From assembly GCA_963728705.1 (NCBI GenBank), contig CAVSLY010000024.1, forward strand, positions 7,357 to 71,356: 64,000 nucleotides of DNA, given 5' to 3'. This DNA comes from an uncultured Gemmatimonadales bacterium. Its GTDB lineage: Bacteria > Gemmatimonadota > Gemmatimonadetes > Gemmatimonadales > GWC2-71-9. Under the pieces are notes generated by a model. It was not told where the DNA came from and ran no database searches. It was given only the letters and a program-made list of their open reading frames with translations. Shown one piece after another: positions 1 to 9,285 of this stretch. Position 1 is the first letter of the stretch, and every line of letters begins with the position of its first letter. Made by a program: the position numbers and the translations under genes.

Positions 1-1
1 G

Positions 2-1311
2 CGCAAGGGTGACTACGAGCCTCGAAACGCGTTCGAGCGCACCTACATCGCCTCCGATCCCAGAAGGATCGACTCGGTGCGTGCGCAGATCGCCCTCTCG
101 GGCCTCAACGCACTCGCCACGCATCTCGGGGGCCTGAAGGCCGGCCGCAAGACGCTGATTCTCATTTCAGAAGGCTTCACGCGCGGACCCCGCCGACGTG
201 GCGATGAAGCGACACCGTCGCTCGACACCGTCGTCCGCACCGCCAATCGCGGCGGGGTTTCAATCTATGCGATCGATCCACGCGCCTTCGACGTCTCGGG
301 CGCCAGCACGACCGACGCCGGCGGTCATGACATGCTGCAAACGCTCGCTGTCGAAACCGACGGACGCGTCCTTCTGAACCCGATTGACGCGCCGGGGAGT
401 ATCGATGGGGTGATCGGCAAGGTCATGGCCGACGTCAACGGGTACTATCTGATCTCCTTCGAGCCGTCACCCTCGGCAGCCGTCGGGCGCTTTCATCCCA
501 TCCAGGTCAGCGTGCGCCGCGCCGGTGTCGAGCTTCGAGCCCGGAAGAGTTATTGGTCACCGCTGCCGCCCCCCCGGTGGCGGCCGCCCGCCCGGCGCCC
601 TCGAGGACGCTGCCAGCGCTGACGTCTCGCCCGAGTGCGCTCATTCGTGCCTGGTTCGGGATGTTGCCGGGCGCAAACGGGGATGACGTGCAGATACTTT
701 GGGAGCCGGCTCCGCGGCAACCGAATGAGGGCGGCCGGCCTCGCATTCCTGCGCGCATCGCCTTCAAAGTGTTTGAGATGGGCGAAGAAGTGCCTGCCGG
801 ACAGGAGGTGGACCCGATCATCACCTCGATGTCCGACGATCGCAGGACCGTTCGGTTCGCGCTCACACCCGGGAGCTACCGCGTACAGATGGTCGTTCAG
901 GACACGAATGCCAACATCCTCGACTCCGACGTCCGCGACCTGGTCGTCCGTCCTGGTACTGCAGATGTCGTGATTGGCACGCCCCAGGTGTGGAGGGCCC
1001 GTGATGCAAGAGGGTCGGCCGACAACGACCCGCAGGCCCTGCCGGTTGTCGTGCGTGATTTCAGGCGCACCGAGCGGCTGCTCATCCGCGTCCCGGTCTA
1101 TCCCGCCGGCGTCCGGGTCAGCGCGCAGCTGACCAACGAGCGTGGGGAGCTGGTGAGCCAACCCTCGGTCGGCGTTGGCGGGTCACCCGCGGAGCTGTAC
1201 CTCGACCTGCCGCTGGGCGCATTGCCCGACGGCGCCTATCGACTCGAGTTGCAGGCTTCAGCCGAGCGCGGCCGCGCGCTCGAAACCCTCGCCTTTCACG
1301 TCGTCCCCTGA
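2..1311 (+). CDS. VWA-domain protein (Acidobacterial VWFA-related), 5'-partial, apparent frameshift near 565
   Basis: Frame from base 2 reads RKGDYEPRN...LGGLKAGRKTLILISEG...SIYAIDPR...LAVETDG...YYLISF...FHPIQVSV...RARKSYW, then continues in ORF 553..1311 as a beta-sandwich-like C-terminus (GAYRLELQA). Confidence 0.8.
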
Positions 1312-1358
1312 CGGCCGCTCGCGGTCTTGTTTCAACTCTGTCGGATCGATTGCTTCTC

Positions 1359-1437
1359 GAGACAAATCTGTAGAGAAGGAACAGGATAGATCCTACTGAT
1401 TTGTCTCATCGAGCCGGTAAAGGCGACAACGTTGTCG
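1359..1437. promoter_or_regulatory. Inverted repeats upstream of the sigma-54 promoter (candidate enhancer/UAS)
   Basis: gagacaaatctgtag...ctactgatttgtctc (15-bp arms, 1 mismatch, ~1359-1407) and perfect palindrome cgacaacgttgtcg (1424-1437). Confidence 0.5.
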
Positions 1438-1522
1438 GTTCTGAGCGAACGCGGACTCTGAGCCAATCAACCGCACGCACAGAAACCCCTGTATTTCCGG
1501 CCATTCATCCCCGCGCCTCGAG

Positions 1523-1538
1523 TGGACTTCGGTTTGCT
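1523..1538 (+). promoter_or_regulatory. Sigma-54 (-24/-12) promoter
   Basis: TGGACTTCGGTTTGCT: GG(1524-25)-N10-GC(1536-37), about 35 nt before ATG 1574. Confidence 0.65.
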
Positions 1539-1573
1539 ATGGGGGTGGACGACTCTCTTTTTCCCGGGACCCT

Positions 1574-2240
1574 ATGTCGCCGAGCATGGTTGCAGACTGG
1601 ATGGAGCCGGTTGAAGCCCACGCTGGCGAGGTGCGTAAGCTTTCCACGCTGCTCGAGGCAAGTCAGGCGCTTTCCGCCACGCTGGATCTGAAAGAAGGCC
1701 TGCAGCGCGTGCTCGAGATCCTCGGGCGCCATCATGGTGCGATCCGCAGCACTGTTGTCCTGCTCGACGAGCAGTCCGGCGACGTCCACGTCGAGGCGTC
1801 AGCCGGGGCCATTCCGCCAGGACGGCGGATCCGGTATCGCGTCGGCGAGGGCATCACCGGTCAGGTCCTGGAAACCGGAAAGCCGGTCGTCGTCCCGCGT
1901 GTCAGCCGGGAGCCCAGGTTCTTGCACCGCGCCGCCGACCGCCCCGAGCTTCCCGCTCAGGAGCTTTCCTACATCGCCGCCCCCGTCGTCGTTGAAGGAC
2001 GAACTGTCGGCGTGGTCGGCATCGATTTGAGGTTCAAGCCCGATCGCGACTACACGCGCACCGCAAAGTTCGTCGGTGTGGTCGCGTCCATGATCGCCCA
2101 GGCGGTCAGGATCCACCGGCTGATTCAGGCCGAGCGTCAGCAGCTCGTCGACGAGAACACGCATCTGCGGCAGGAGCTCAAGGAGCGGTACGACTTCTCG
2201 AACCTGGTCGGGACCAGCGGGCCGATGCGCCAGGTGTACA
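1574..2240 (+). CDS. Sigma-54-dependent activator (NifA/FhlA-like GAF + start of AAA domain), truncated at a junction
   Basis: GAF domain (YRVGEGITGQV...VSREPRFL), coiled coil ENTHLRQELKERYDFSNLVGTSGPMRQVY; the sequence then switches abruptly to antisense ilvC. Confidence 0.85.
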
Positions 2241-2247
2241 GACAGTA

Positions 2248-2728
2248 CGGACGGGTCGCGCTCGACGGCGAACAGGGCGGGGACGCCGCCGCCCGCCTGG
2301 TACACCGAGCGCACCAGGTGGCCCGGGCCCTTGGGCGCGACCATCCCGACGTCGATCGTTTCGGCGGGTCGATCCGACCGAAGCGCAGGTTGAAGCCGTG
2401 GGCGAACATCAGCGAGCTGCCCGGGGCGCAGGTTCGGCGCGATCTCGGCGTCGTAGACGGCCTTCTGGGCCGTGTCCGGGACGAGGATGATGATCACGTC
2501 GGCGGCCTTGCACGGCCTCGGCGACGTCCAGCGACTCGCAGGCCAGCCTCCTCGGCGAGCGCGCGGCTCTTGGAGCCCGGCGCCAGGCCGACGACGACGT
2601 CGACGCCCGCTCTCGTGCAGGTTCAGGGCATGGGCATGGCCCTGGCTGCCGTAGCCGATGATCGCGACCGTCTGCCCGGCCAGCGCAGCGGGGTCCGCGT
2701 CGTTGTCGTAGTACATCTTCGCCGTCAT
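2248..2728 (-). CDS. ilvC: Ketol-acid reductoisomerase, 3'-truncated at the junction, frameshifted
   Basis: MTAKMYYDNDAD...IIGYGSQGHAHALNLHESG; MFAHGFN; MVAPKGPGHLVR...GGGVPALFAV. Confidence 0.95.
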
Positions 2729-3345
2729 CGCTTGATCGCCTCCTCGATGGACCCGGAACCCCTCGCCATCACGACGGCGCCGGTGCGGACCAACTCCTTG
2801 ATGCCGTAGGTCCGCACGAGCGCGACGAACGCGTCGATCTCGGACTCGGTGCCGGTCACCTCCACGATGATCGAGCCGTCGGCCAGGTCGACGACCCGGC
2901 CGCGCGAGAGCTCGACCAGCGCGCAGGACCTCGTCGCGGTTCGAATCGGTGGCGCGGATCTTCACGAACGCGAGCTCGTGCTCGACCGTCGGTTCGGAGG
3001 TGACGTCCTGGACCTTCAGCACGTCGATCAGCCGGTAGAGCTGCTTGGCGGCCTGCTCGACGGCGACGTCGTCCCCATGCAGGGTGATCGTCATCCGGCT
3101 GGTGTCCTCGCGGTCGGTCTTGCTGACGGCGAGCGAGTCGATGTTGAAGTTGCGGGCGCGCATCAGGCTCGCGACGCGGTTGAGGACGCCCGGCTTGTTC
3201 ATGACGAGGCCACGAGCACGTGGCGGCGGGTCTCGCCGGAGCCCGGCAGCGCGCGGGGCGGGGGCGCCGTGTGTGCCGGGGTGGCGGGCGGCCGCCGCGG
3301 CGTGTCCGCCGGCGTCCGCCCGTTCGAGCTCGGGTCGCCGCTCAT
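2725..3345 (-). CDS. ilvN: Acetolactate synthase small (regulatory) subunit, frameshifted
   Basis: RHVLVA..MNKPGVLNRVASLMRARNFNIDSLAV...QLYRLIDVLKV; stop overlaps the ilvC start (ATGA). Confidence 0.92.
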
Positions 3346-5206
3346 TCGTCGGCCCCGCCCCACTTCTCGATCAGGTCGGACAGGCCCTTGCCCGCCGGCA
3401 TCATCGGGAAGACGTTCTGCTCCTCGGCGATCTCGAACCAGATCAGCGCCGGCCCGTCGACCGCCTGCGCCGCCTGGATGGCATCGTCGACCTCGCCGGG
3501 GTCCGGGCCCGGAACGCCGGGATCCCGAACGCGTCGGCGAGCTTCGCGAAGTCCGGGCCCGGGCAGGTTCGCCGAGTGGTAGTTGCCGGCGTAGATGATC
3601 TCCTGCCACTGGCGGATCATCCCGAGCTTCTTGTTGTCGAGCAGGGCGATCTTCACCGGGATGTCGTCGGCGACGAGGGTCATCAGCTCCTGGAACGTCA
3701 TCTGGAAGCCGCCGTCGCCGGTGATCGCCCAGGTCTCCCGATCGGGCCGGCCCAGGGCCGCGCCCATCGCGGCCGGGACCGAGAAGCCCATCGTGCCGAG
3801 GCCGCCGGAGCTCACGTGCGTGTTCGGCTCGCGGAAGCCCGTGTAGCGCGCCAGCCACATCTGGTTCTGCCCGACGTCGGCGACGTAGGTCGCCTGGTGG
3901 TCGGTGAGCTCGCCGATCCGCTCGATGACGTAGTCGGCGGACAGGACGCCGTCGCGCCAGGCGCCGGAGCCGTGCCACGACGACGCCTCGGAGTCGCGCT
4001 CCAGTCGGCCAGCTGGTCGAGGTACTCGCGCGCGCGGCCGGATCGACCTCGGGGACCATCGGGGTCAGGGCCCGGAGGACGCGCCCGGCGTCGCCGACGA
4101 TCGGCACCTCGACCGCGACGTTCTTGCCGATCTCGGCCGGGTCGATGTCCACGTGGATGATCCGGGCATACGGCGCGTAGGTCCGGACGTTGCCGGTAAC
4201 CCGGTCGTCGAAGCGCATCCCGATGGCGATGAGCAGGTCCGCGCTCTGGATGGCGCGGTTGACGTGCTTCCAGCCGTGCATGCCCATGAAGCCGTAGGCA
4301 AGCGGGTGGGTCTCGTCGATCGCGCCGATGCCGAGCAGCGTCCAGGCGACCGGGATCGAGGTCTTCTCGGCGAACGCCTTGAGATCGTCCCACGCCTCGG
4401 CGTGGAGGACGCCATGGCCGGCGAGGATCACCGGGCGCTTGGCGTTCGCGATCTCGGTGGCGGCGGTCTTGAGCTGCCGGCCGTGGCCGTCGAGGTTCGG
4501 GCGGAAGCCGGGCAGCCCGTCGATGACCTCGGCCTCGGTGGGGTGCTCCGCGCGGGTCTCCTGCTGGAGCGCGTCCTTGGTGATGTCGATGTGGACCGGG
4601 GCCGGGCCGTCCGGTGCGCGCGATGTGGAACGCCTCGGCGACGACCCGCGGCAGCTCGTCGGCGTCGCGGACCAGGTAGTTGTGCTTGGTCATCGGCAGC
4701 GTGATGCCGTTGATGTCGATCTCCTGGAACGCGTCCTTGCCGATCAGCGCGGAGGGCACGTTGCCGGTGATCGCGACCATCGGCACCGAGTCGAGCAGCG
4801 CGGTCCCGATGCCGGTCACGAGGTTCGTGGCGCCGGGCCCCGAGGTTCCCATGCACACGCCGACCGTGCCGGTCACGCGGGCGTATCCATCCGCGGCGTG
4901 CGCGCCGCCCTGCTCATGGCGGACCAGGACGTGGCGCAGCTCGGGATAATCGCCCAGGACGTCGTACAGCGGCAGGATGACCCCGCCCGGGTAGCTGAAG
5001 AAGACATCGACGCCCTGGCGGAGGAGGGCCTCGCACAGGACGTCGGCACCGATGCGCGTGCGCTTGAGGTCGCGCGCCTCGTGGAGCATGGCCTTCCGGG
5101 CGCGCTCGACGGCGGCCGCGTGGGCCGTGCCATCGCCGGGCACGTGACTGCGTCGCCCGGTGCCGGCGGGGCCCGGCGGCTTCGAGCGATCGGTCCTGGT
5201 GGTCAT
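3342..5206 (-). CDS. ilvB: Acetolactate synthase large subunit (biosynthetic), several frameshifts
   Basis: [55 protein letters not shown] motif GDGGFQM...[11 protein letters not shown]. Confidence 0.96.
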
Positions 5207-5233
5207 GGCTGGCCCTCTACGTGACGGACATAC

Positions 5234-5262
5234 AAAAGACCCTCGCCTTCCCGGCGAGGGTC
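5234..5262 (-). terminator. Attenuator terminator upstream of ilvB
   Basis: Minus strand gaccctcgcc-gggaa-ggcgagggtc followed by tttt, about 30 nt before the ilvB start. Confidence 0.8.
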
Positions 5263-5289
5263 CCGTTGGTGATGCGTGGTTCGGGCGCC

Positions 5290-5469
5290 TTAGCGTCCGT
5301 TCCTGCGCGTCCCTCCGTTCTCCCGCCGGGAGCCGGTAATGAGCCCAAGAAGCCCATCAAGCCCAAGAAGCGAGCGAAGAAGCGCGAGGAGCGATACGTC
5401 GGAGAGCTGGTTCGGCTCGACGGGCACGTGCACGCGGCGACCGTCCGACGTCACGACGACGGCGACCAT
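5290..5469 (-). CDS. Leu/Val/Ile-rich leader peptide of the ilvBNC attenuator
   Basis: [59 protein letters not shown]; ends just before the terminator; start codon uncertain. Confidence 0.7.
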   Translation of the reverse strand: MVAVVVTSDGRRVHVPVEPNQLSDVSLLALLRSLLGLDGLLGLITGSRRENGGTRRNGR

Positions 5470-5649
5470 CCGGCGATCCTGCCGATCGAACTGGCCCAAG
5501 CTGGCCTCCAAAACACTCCATCCGCCCGGTGGGGCCCGTGCGGTCCGCGCAGTCTACCAGCCTTCGGGCATGCGTCAACGTCCACCCGATGGTCCTGTCA
5601 TCGCGGCGGCATTGCGGTTCGGGGTGACGTGCGGTCGTACCCTGCTCGT

Positions 5650-8448
5650 GTGGATCAGCCGCCCATCGTCGGACGGGAGCGGGAGCTGGCGCTGATCTTC
5701 GGCCTGGCCGAGGACGCGTTACGGCGATCGAGCCCTGCGGTCGTCCTCGTGACGGGAGACCCGGGACAGGGGAAGACGCGGTTGGTCGCCGAAGTCGCGA
5801 GGCGGACCTCGCGAGTCGAGCGCCTGCACGCCCAGGGCTTCGAGCCCGAGCGGAACGTGCCCCTCGCGGCCGCCGGCGAGATGCTCCGTCGCCTGGCGCC
5901 GCTCCACGTTCCTGCGGCTGCCAACGAGGCAGAAGTCACCGACCCGTCGATCGAACCCATCCGGATCTTCGAGCGGGCGGCTGGAGCGATGACGGCGCTC
6001 AACCCGACGCTCCTGACGCTCGACGACGTCCAGTGGGCCGACGAGCTGAGTGTCGCGCTGTGCCACTACCTCCTTCGCGCCGCGGCGAGCGCCTTGCAGC
6101 CGCTGCTCGTCGTCGTCGCCGGGCGCGACACGCCAGCGATCGCGAGATTCGCAGACGCCGTCCGCCACGTGCTGGACGACGACGCCGTGCTGTCCATCAC
6201 GCTTGGCCCGCTGGACCGAGATGCCGGTCTCACGCTGTTGCGCGCGGCGGCGCCAGGCCTCTCCGCCCCAGAGGCGGACGACGTCTGGCGCCACGCATCC
6301 GGGTCGCCGTTCTGGTTGCATGCCCTTGCCTCCGGGACCGATCGCCGCGCACCCGGTGTGGTCTCGACACGACTTCGGGGCCTCACCGACGATGCGGTGG
6401 GGCTACTCGGTGCGATCGCCGTCGTTGGTCGGCCCGTGGCGACGGCGGATCTGGCGGACCTCCTGGGGTGGCCGGCGCCGCGTGCCGCCGAGGCAGCTGG
6501 CGGCCTGACGGACCGCGGATTGGTGGTGGATCGCGACGGCGGGCTGCAGGTCGCCCACGATCTGCTCCGGGAGGCTGCCGTGGAGCGGCTGCGTCCGGAG
6601 GCGCGACGCGCGCTGCACCGATCGCTGTCCGAGCGACTGGAGCAGTCGGCTGGAGAAGACGTGGGACAGCTTCGCGAGGCGCTCGACCACCGTCGATCGG
6701 GTGGACTCCCGGCGCTGGATCTCGCCGTGCGCCTCCTTCGTTCGCCGCGTCGTCGGTGGCTCGGTCGCGACGGCCTCCACGAGCTTGCGGCGATCGTCGA
6801 CGAGGAGGCGTCAGCATCGGCCGATTGGCCCGATCTCGCGATCGCGGTCGCTTCCCTCGCGGTCGAGCTGAGCGACCACGCGTTCGCCCTGGAACGGTGG
6901 CGGCAAGTCGCCGACCGCAGCACCCTACCGTCGGCCAGGGCCATCGCGGCGCTCGGCGCCGCCAAAGCGGCGTTCGAGCTCGAGCGGGGCGGCGCCGCCC
7001 GGGAATGGATCGAGCGAGCTCGAGTCGCGGCGGCGATGTCCGTCGACCCCGCCAGGGAGGCGGCCCTCGACGCGCTCGACGCGCTCGTGCTGATCTGGCT
7101 CGAACACCGCTTGCCCGAGGGTGAGCTCCTGGCGGAGCGTGCGGCCCAGGCGGTGCGGGCCCTGATCCGTGCGGCGGGTGAGCCGCAGCGCCTCTCACCA
7201 GAGGCATGGCGCGCCACCGTCGATGCCTTACGGGCTCGCTGGGACGCGCACATCCAGCGGGAGGACCGTGTGCCGGACGCCCTGACCGAGGAGCTGCTCG
7301 CCGTCACGGCGCACGACGAAGCCGCGCATCTCGGGTCGATCGTCCTGGCCGGGCTTGCAGCCCATCCCTATTCGGACCTCGAGCTTGCGGAGGAGCGATT
7401 CCGCCTCGCCTGGAACGAGGCCAGACGGCGGCTGATCCCGGCGATCGCCGTCGACGCCGGGTTCTGGTTGGCCGTCACGCTGTTCGACATGGGTCGGCTC
7501 GACGATGCGGGGGCGGTCCTCGCCGAGGTCCAGGCGCTCGTGGCCAGGGCCGGCGACCACGGCAAGATCCGGGCGCGCTCGCGGAGCCTTCCGGACGAGC
7601 TCCGGATCGTCCGTGGCGACTGGGAGGCCGCCGCGCCGTCACTCGTGGCGGCGGCGCGGAGCGCTTCTGACGCCCATCGCCAGATCCCGTACTTCCAGGT
7701 GCTGACCAAGTGGGCTGCCCGCGTCCGCCCGACCACAGCCGTCGGGGAATACCTCGAGGCGGGGGTCCACGCCGCGGCCACCGGCCGCTGCCCCCGTTGC
7801 GCGGCGGACTTCCACCTCGCGGCGGCCCAGGCCGTGGCTCGGATCGGCGACGCTCCCCGCGCCCGACAGCTGCTCGCGGCATTTGCCGAGGAGCGCCGGA
7901 GCCCGAGCCCGTGGGCCGTCGTCCAGCGTCGCTGGACCGAGGCGTTGATCGCGCCGGGCGGTGGCGATGTCGCCGAGGTAGCCGACGAGCTGGAGCGGGT
8001 AGCGGCCGAGGCAGAGCACCTCGGACTGCTTCTCGAGGCGGCGGTCGTCCGGCTCGACCGTGCCCGTGTCCTGGGGGCCATCGACCGGGGCCGGAGTGCC
8101 GAGGCCTTCCGCGACACCGCTCGGGTTGCCGATTCGCTCGGCGCCGTCGCGGTGGGACGTCTCGCCGAGCGCGAGTTGCGAGCGCTGGGTGTGCGGACTT
8201 GGCGGCGTGGCCCGTCCGGCGGGACGGTGGGCGAGTTGACCGCCCGCGAGCTCGAGGTGGCCGAGCTGGTGGCCCGTGGTGACTCGAACCCCGAGATCGC
8301 CGAGCGCCTGTTCCTGTCGCGCAAGACCGTGGAGCGCCATGTCTCGAACATCCTTGGCAAGGTCGGCGTCCGAAACCGCGCCGAGCTGTCCGGGGTCCTG
8401 GCGACCCGGGCCGGGCAGGACCGGCCACCCGATAGCGACATCGAATGA
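5650..8448 (+). CDS. LuxR-family regulator with N-terminal AAA ATPase (MalT/LAL-type)
   Basis: IVGREREL, Walker A GDPGQGKT, Walker B LDDVQWAD, C-terminal HTH LTARELEVAELVARGDSNPEIAERLFLSRKTVERHVSNILGK. Confidence 0.92.
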   Translation: MDQPPIVGRERELALIFGLAEDALRRSSPAVVLVTGDPGQGKTRLVAEVARRTSRVERLHAQGFEPERNVPLAAAGEMLRRLAPLHVPAAANEAEVTDPSIEPIRIFERAAGAMTALNPTLLTLDDVQWADELSVALCHYLLRAAASALQPLLVVVAGRDTPAIARFADAVRHVLDDDAVLSITLGPLDRDAGLTLLRAAAPGLSAPEADDVWRHASGSPFWLHALASGTDRRAPGVVSTRLRGLTDDAVGLLGAIAVVGRPVATADLADLLGWPAPRAAEAAGGLTDRGLVVDRDGGLQVAHDLLREAAVERLRPEARRALHRSLSERLEQSAGEDVGQLREALDHRRSGGLPALDLAVRLLRSPRRRWLGRDGLHELAAIVDEEASASADWPDLAIAVASLAVELSDHAFALERWRQVADRSTLPSARAIAALGAAKAAFELERGGAAREWIERARVAAAMSVDPAREAALDALDALVLIWLEHRLPEGELLAERAAQAVRALIRAAGEPQRLSPEAWRATVDALRARWDAHIQREDRVPDALTEELLAVTAHDEAAHLGSIVLAGLAAHPYSDLELAEERFRLAWNEARRRLIPAIAVDAGFWLAVTLFDMGRLDDAGAVLAEVQALVARAGDHGKIRARSRSLPDELRIVRGDWEAAAPSLVAAARSASDAHRQIPYFQVLTKWAARVRPTTAVGEYLEAGVHAAATGRCPRCAADFHLAAAQAVARIGDAPRARQLLAAFAEERRSPSPWAVVQRRWTEALIAPGGGDVAEVADELERVAAEAEHLGLLLEAAVVRLDRARVLGAIDRGRSAEAFRDTARVADSLGAVAVGRLAERELRALGVRTWRRGPSGGTVGELTARELEVAELVARGDSNPEIAERLFLSRKTVERHVSNILGKVGVRNRAELSGVLATRAGQDRPPDSDIE

Positions 8449-8542
8449 GGGAGCTCCCCGATGAGCGCGGCATCCCGGCCGGCGCATGGTCGACCGCAGG
8501 TCGCCGGACGGCGGCCAGCGGAACCGAAAGGCAGGGATCGAC

Positions 8543-8818
8543 ATGGCCACAGGCACGACCAACCGCATCAACATCACGGCTCTCGGCACGGCGGTGGTAC
8601 TCGCCGCGGCTGCAGCGCTTGCCGGCTGCTCCGTTCAGCGACCCGGCGCGGGCGCGGACCACTCGCTCGACGCGGTCGAACGCAATCGCGCTGCGATGGG
8701 GATCCCGGCGGACACGAGCTACGCCACCGCCGAGCACACGCGGCTGACCTTCGGCCAGCAGCCCGACACGAGCTACGACGCGGTCGAGCGGCTGCGGGTG
8801 GGCGGTATCGGCCAGTGA
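8543..8818 (+). CDS. Small lipoprotein with three internal DxS(Y/L)xxxE(R/H)xR repeats
   Basis: SD-like gaaaggcaggga; lipobox LAG|C; repeats ADHSLDAVERNR / ADTSYATAEHTR / PDTSYDAVERLR. Confidence 0.75.
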   Translation: MATGTTNRINITALGTAVVLAAAAALAGCSVQRPGAGADHSLDAVERNRAAMGIPADTSYATAEHTRLTFGQQPDTSYDAVERLRVGGIGQ

Positions 8819-8841
8819 CGAACTGGCCGGGACAACGCAAA

Positions 8842-8866
8842 GGGCCGTCGGCGGTGCCGACGGCCC
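8842..8866. terminator. Hairpin terminator between convergent small genes
   Basis: gggccgtcggc-ggt-gccgacggccc (11-bp stem), followed by tttgcgttgt on the minus strand. Confidence 0.7.
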
Positions 8867-8950
8867 GTAGCTTGTGGCGCTCCTAGAGCGCGATCGGGAC
8901 TTCCCAGCGATGGCCGGCCTCGACGAAGAGAGCCGACGTCACGGCGGTTC

Positions 8951-9046
8951 TCACCACCATTCCCAGCGCATCCCGGCTCCGACGCTGAGCGCCAGGGAGG
9001 CCAGGACCGTCAGGGCCCATGTGCAACGCGCCAACTTGGCTTTCAC
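8951..9046 (-). CDS. 31-aa signal-peptide-like precursor with Trp-rich C-terminus (putative peptide signal)
   Basis: GTG start with SD aagggga; MKAKLARCTWALTVLASLALSVGAGMRWEWW; directly downstream of the riboswitch and followed by a terminator. Confidence 0.8.
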   Translation of the reverse strand: MKAKLARCTWALTVLASLALSVGAGMRWEWW

Positions 9047-9081
9047 GAGCGATCCCCTTCGTATGAAGAGTGCAATTGCTC

Positions 9082-9161
9082 GATCGGTAGCCGGGCGGTC
9101 TCCTCGCGAGAGATCCCTGGCTTTGCGTCCCCGCCTCACGACGGGTTTGCCTTTGGCGACC
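9082..9161 (-). ncRNA. c-di-GMP-I (GEMM) riboswitch
   Basis: Minus strand GGUCGCCAAAGGCAAACCCGUC-GUGA-GGCGGGGACGCAAAGCCAGGGAUCUCUCGCGAGGAGACCGCCCGGCUACCGAUC: GGCAAA..GACGCAAAGC..UACCG landmarks, GNRA loop, P1 GGUCG/CGAUC. Confidence 0.92.
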
Positions 9162-9171
9162 CATTGATGTC

Positions 9172-9185
9172 GGGACCTTGGTCCC
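9172..9185. promoter_or_regulatory. GGGAC-N4-GTCCC palindrome (DosR/NarL-type box) upstream of the riboswitch
   Basis: gggaccttggtccc; related sites at 12605-12618 and 41959-41985. Confidence 0.5.
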
Positions 9186-9285
9186 TTCTGAAGGTACTGT
9201 CACCCATCCGGTTCCCGGTCCGGAGTACCCAGAAGTACCAGTGACGCTCGGTGTTCGGGGGAGTTGCCGACGAGCAACACCCGAG

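Noticed and set aside
1574-2809. 411-aa ORF as a novel GAF fusion, or as a nitrogen-fixation regulator
   Set aside because: The C-terminal half is antisense ilvC beyond a junction; no nif genes are present, and the upstream TGT..ACA has N9 rather than N10 spacing
5221-5649. N-terminal extension of the LuxR regulator with a KKPIKPKK repeat
   Set aside because: It is the antisense of the Leu-rich leader and attenuator; the real start is probably GTG 5650
9082-9161. cGAMP-sensing GEMM-Ib variant
   Set aside because: The position-20 equivalent is G, not A
8883-9203. ORFs 8883..9203 and 8951..9139 as real proteins
   Set aside because: They run through the riboswitch aptamer; the SD-supported GTG at 9046 gives the more plausible peptide
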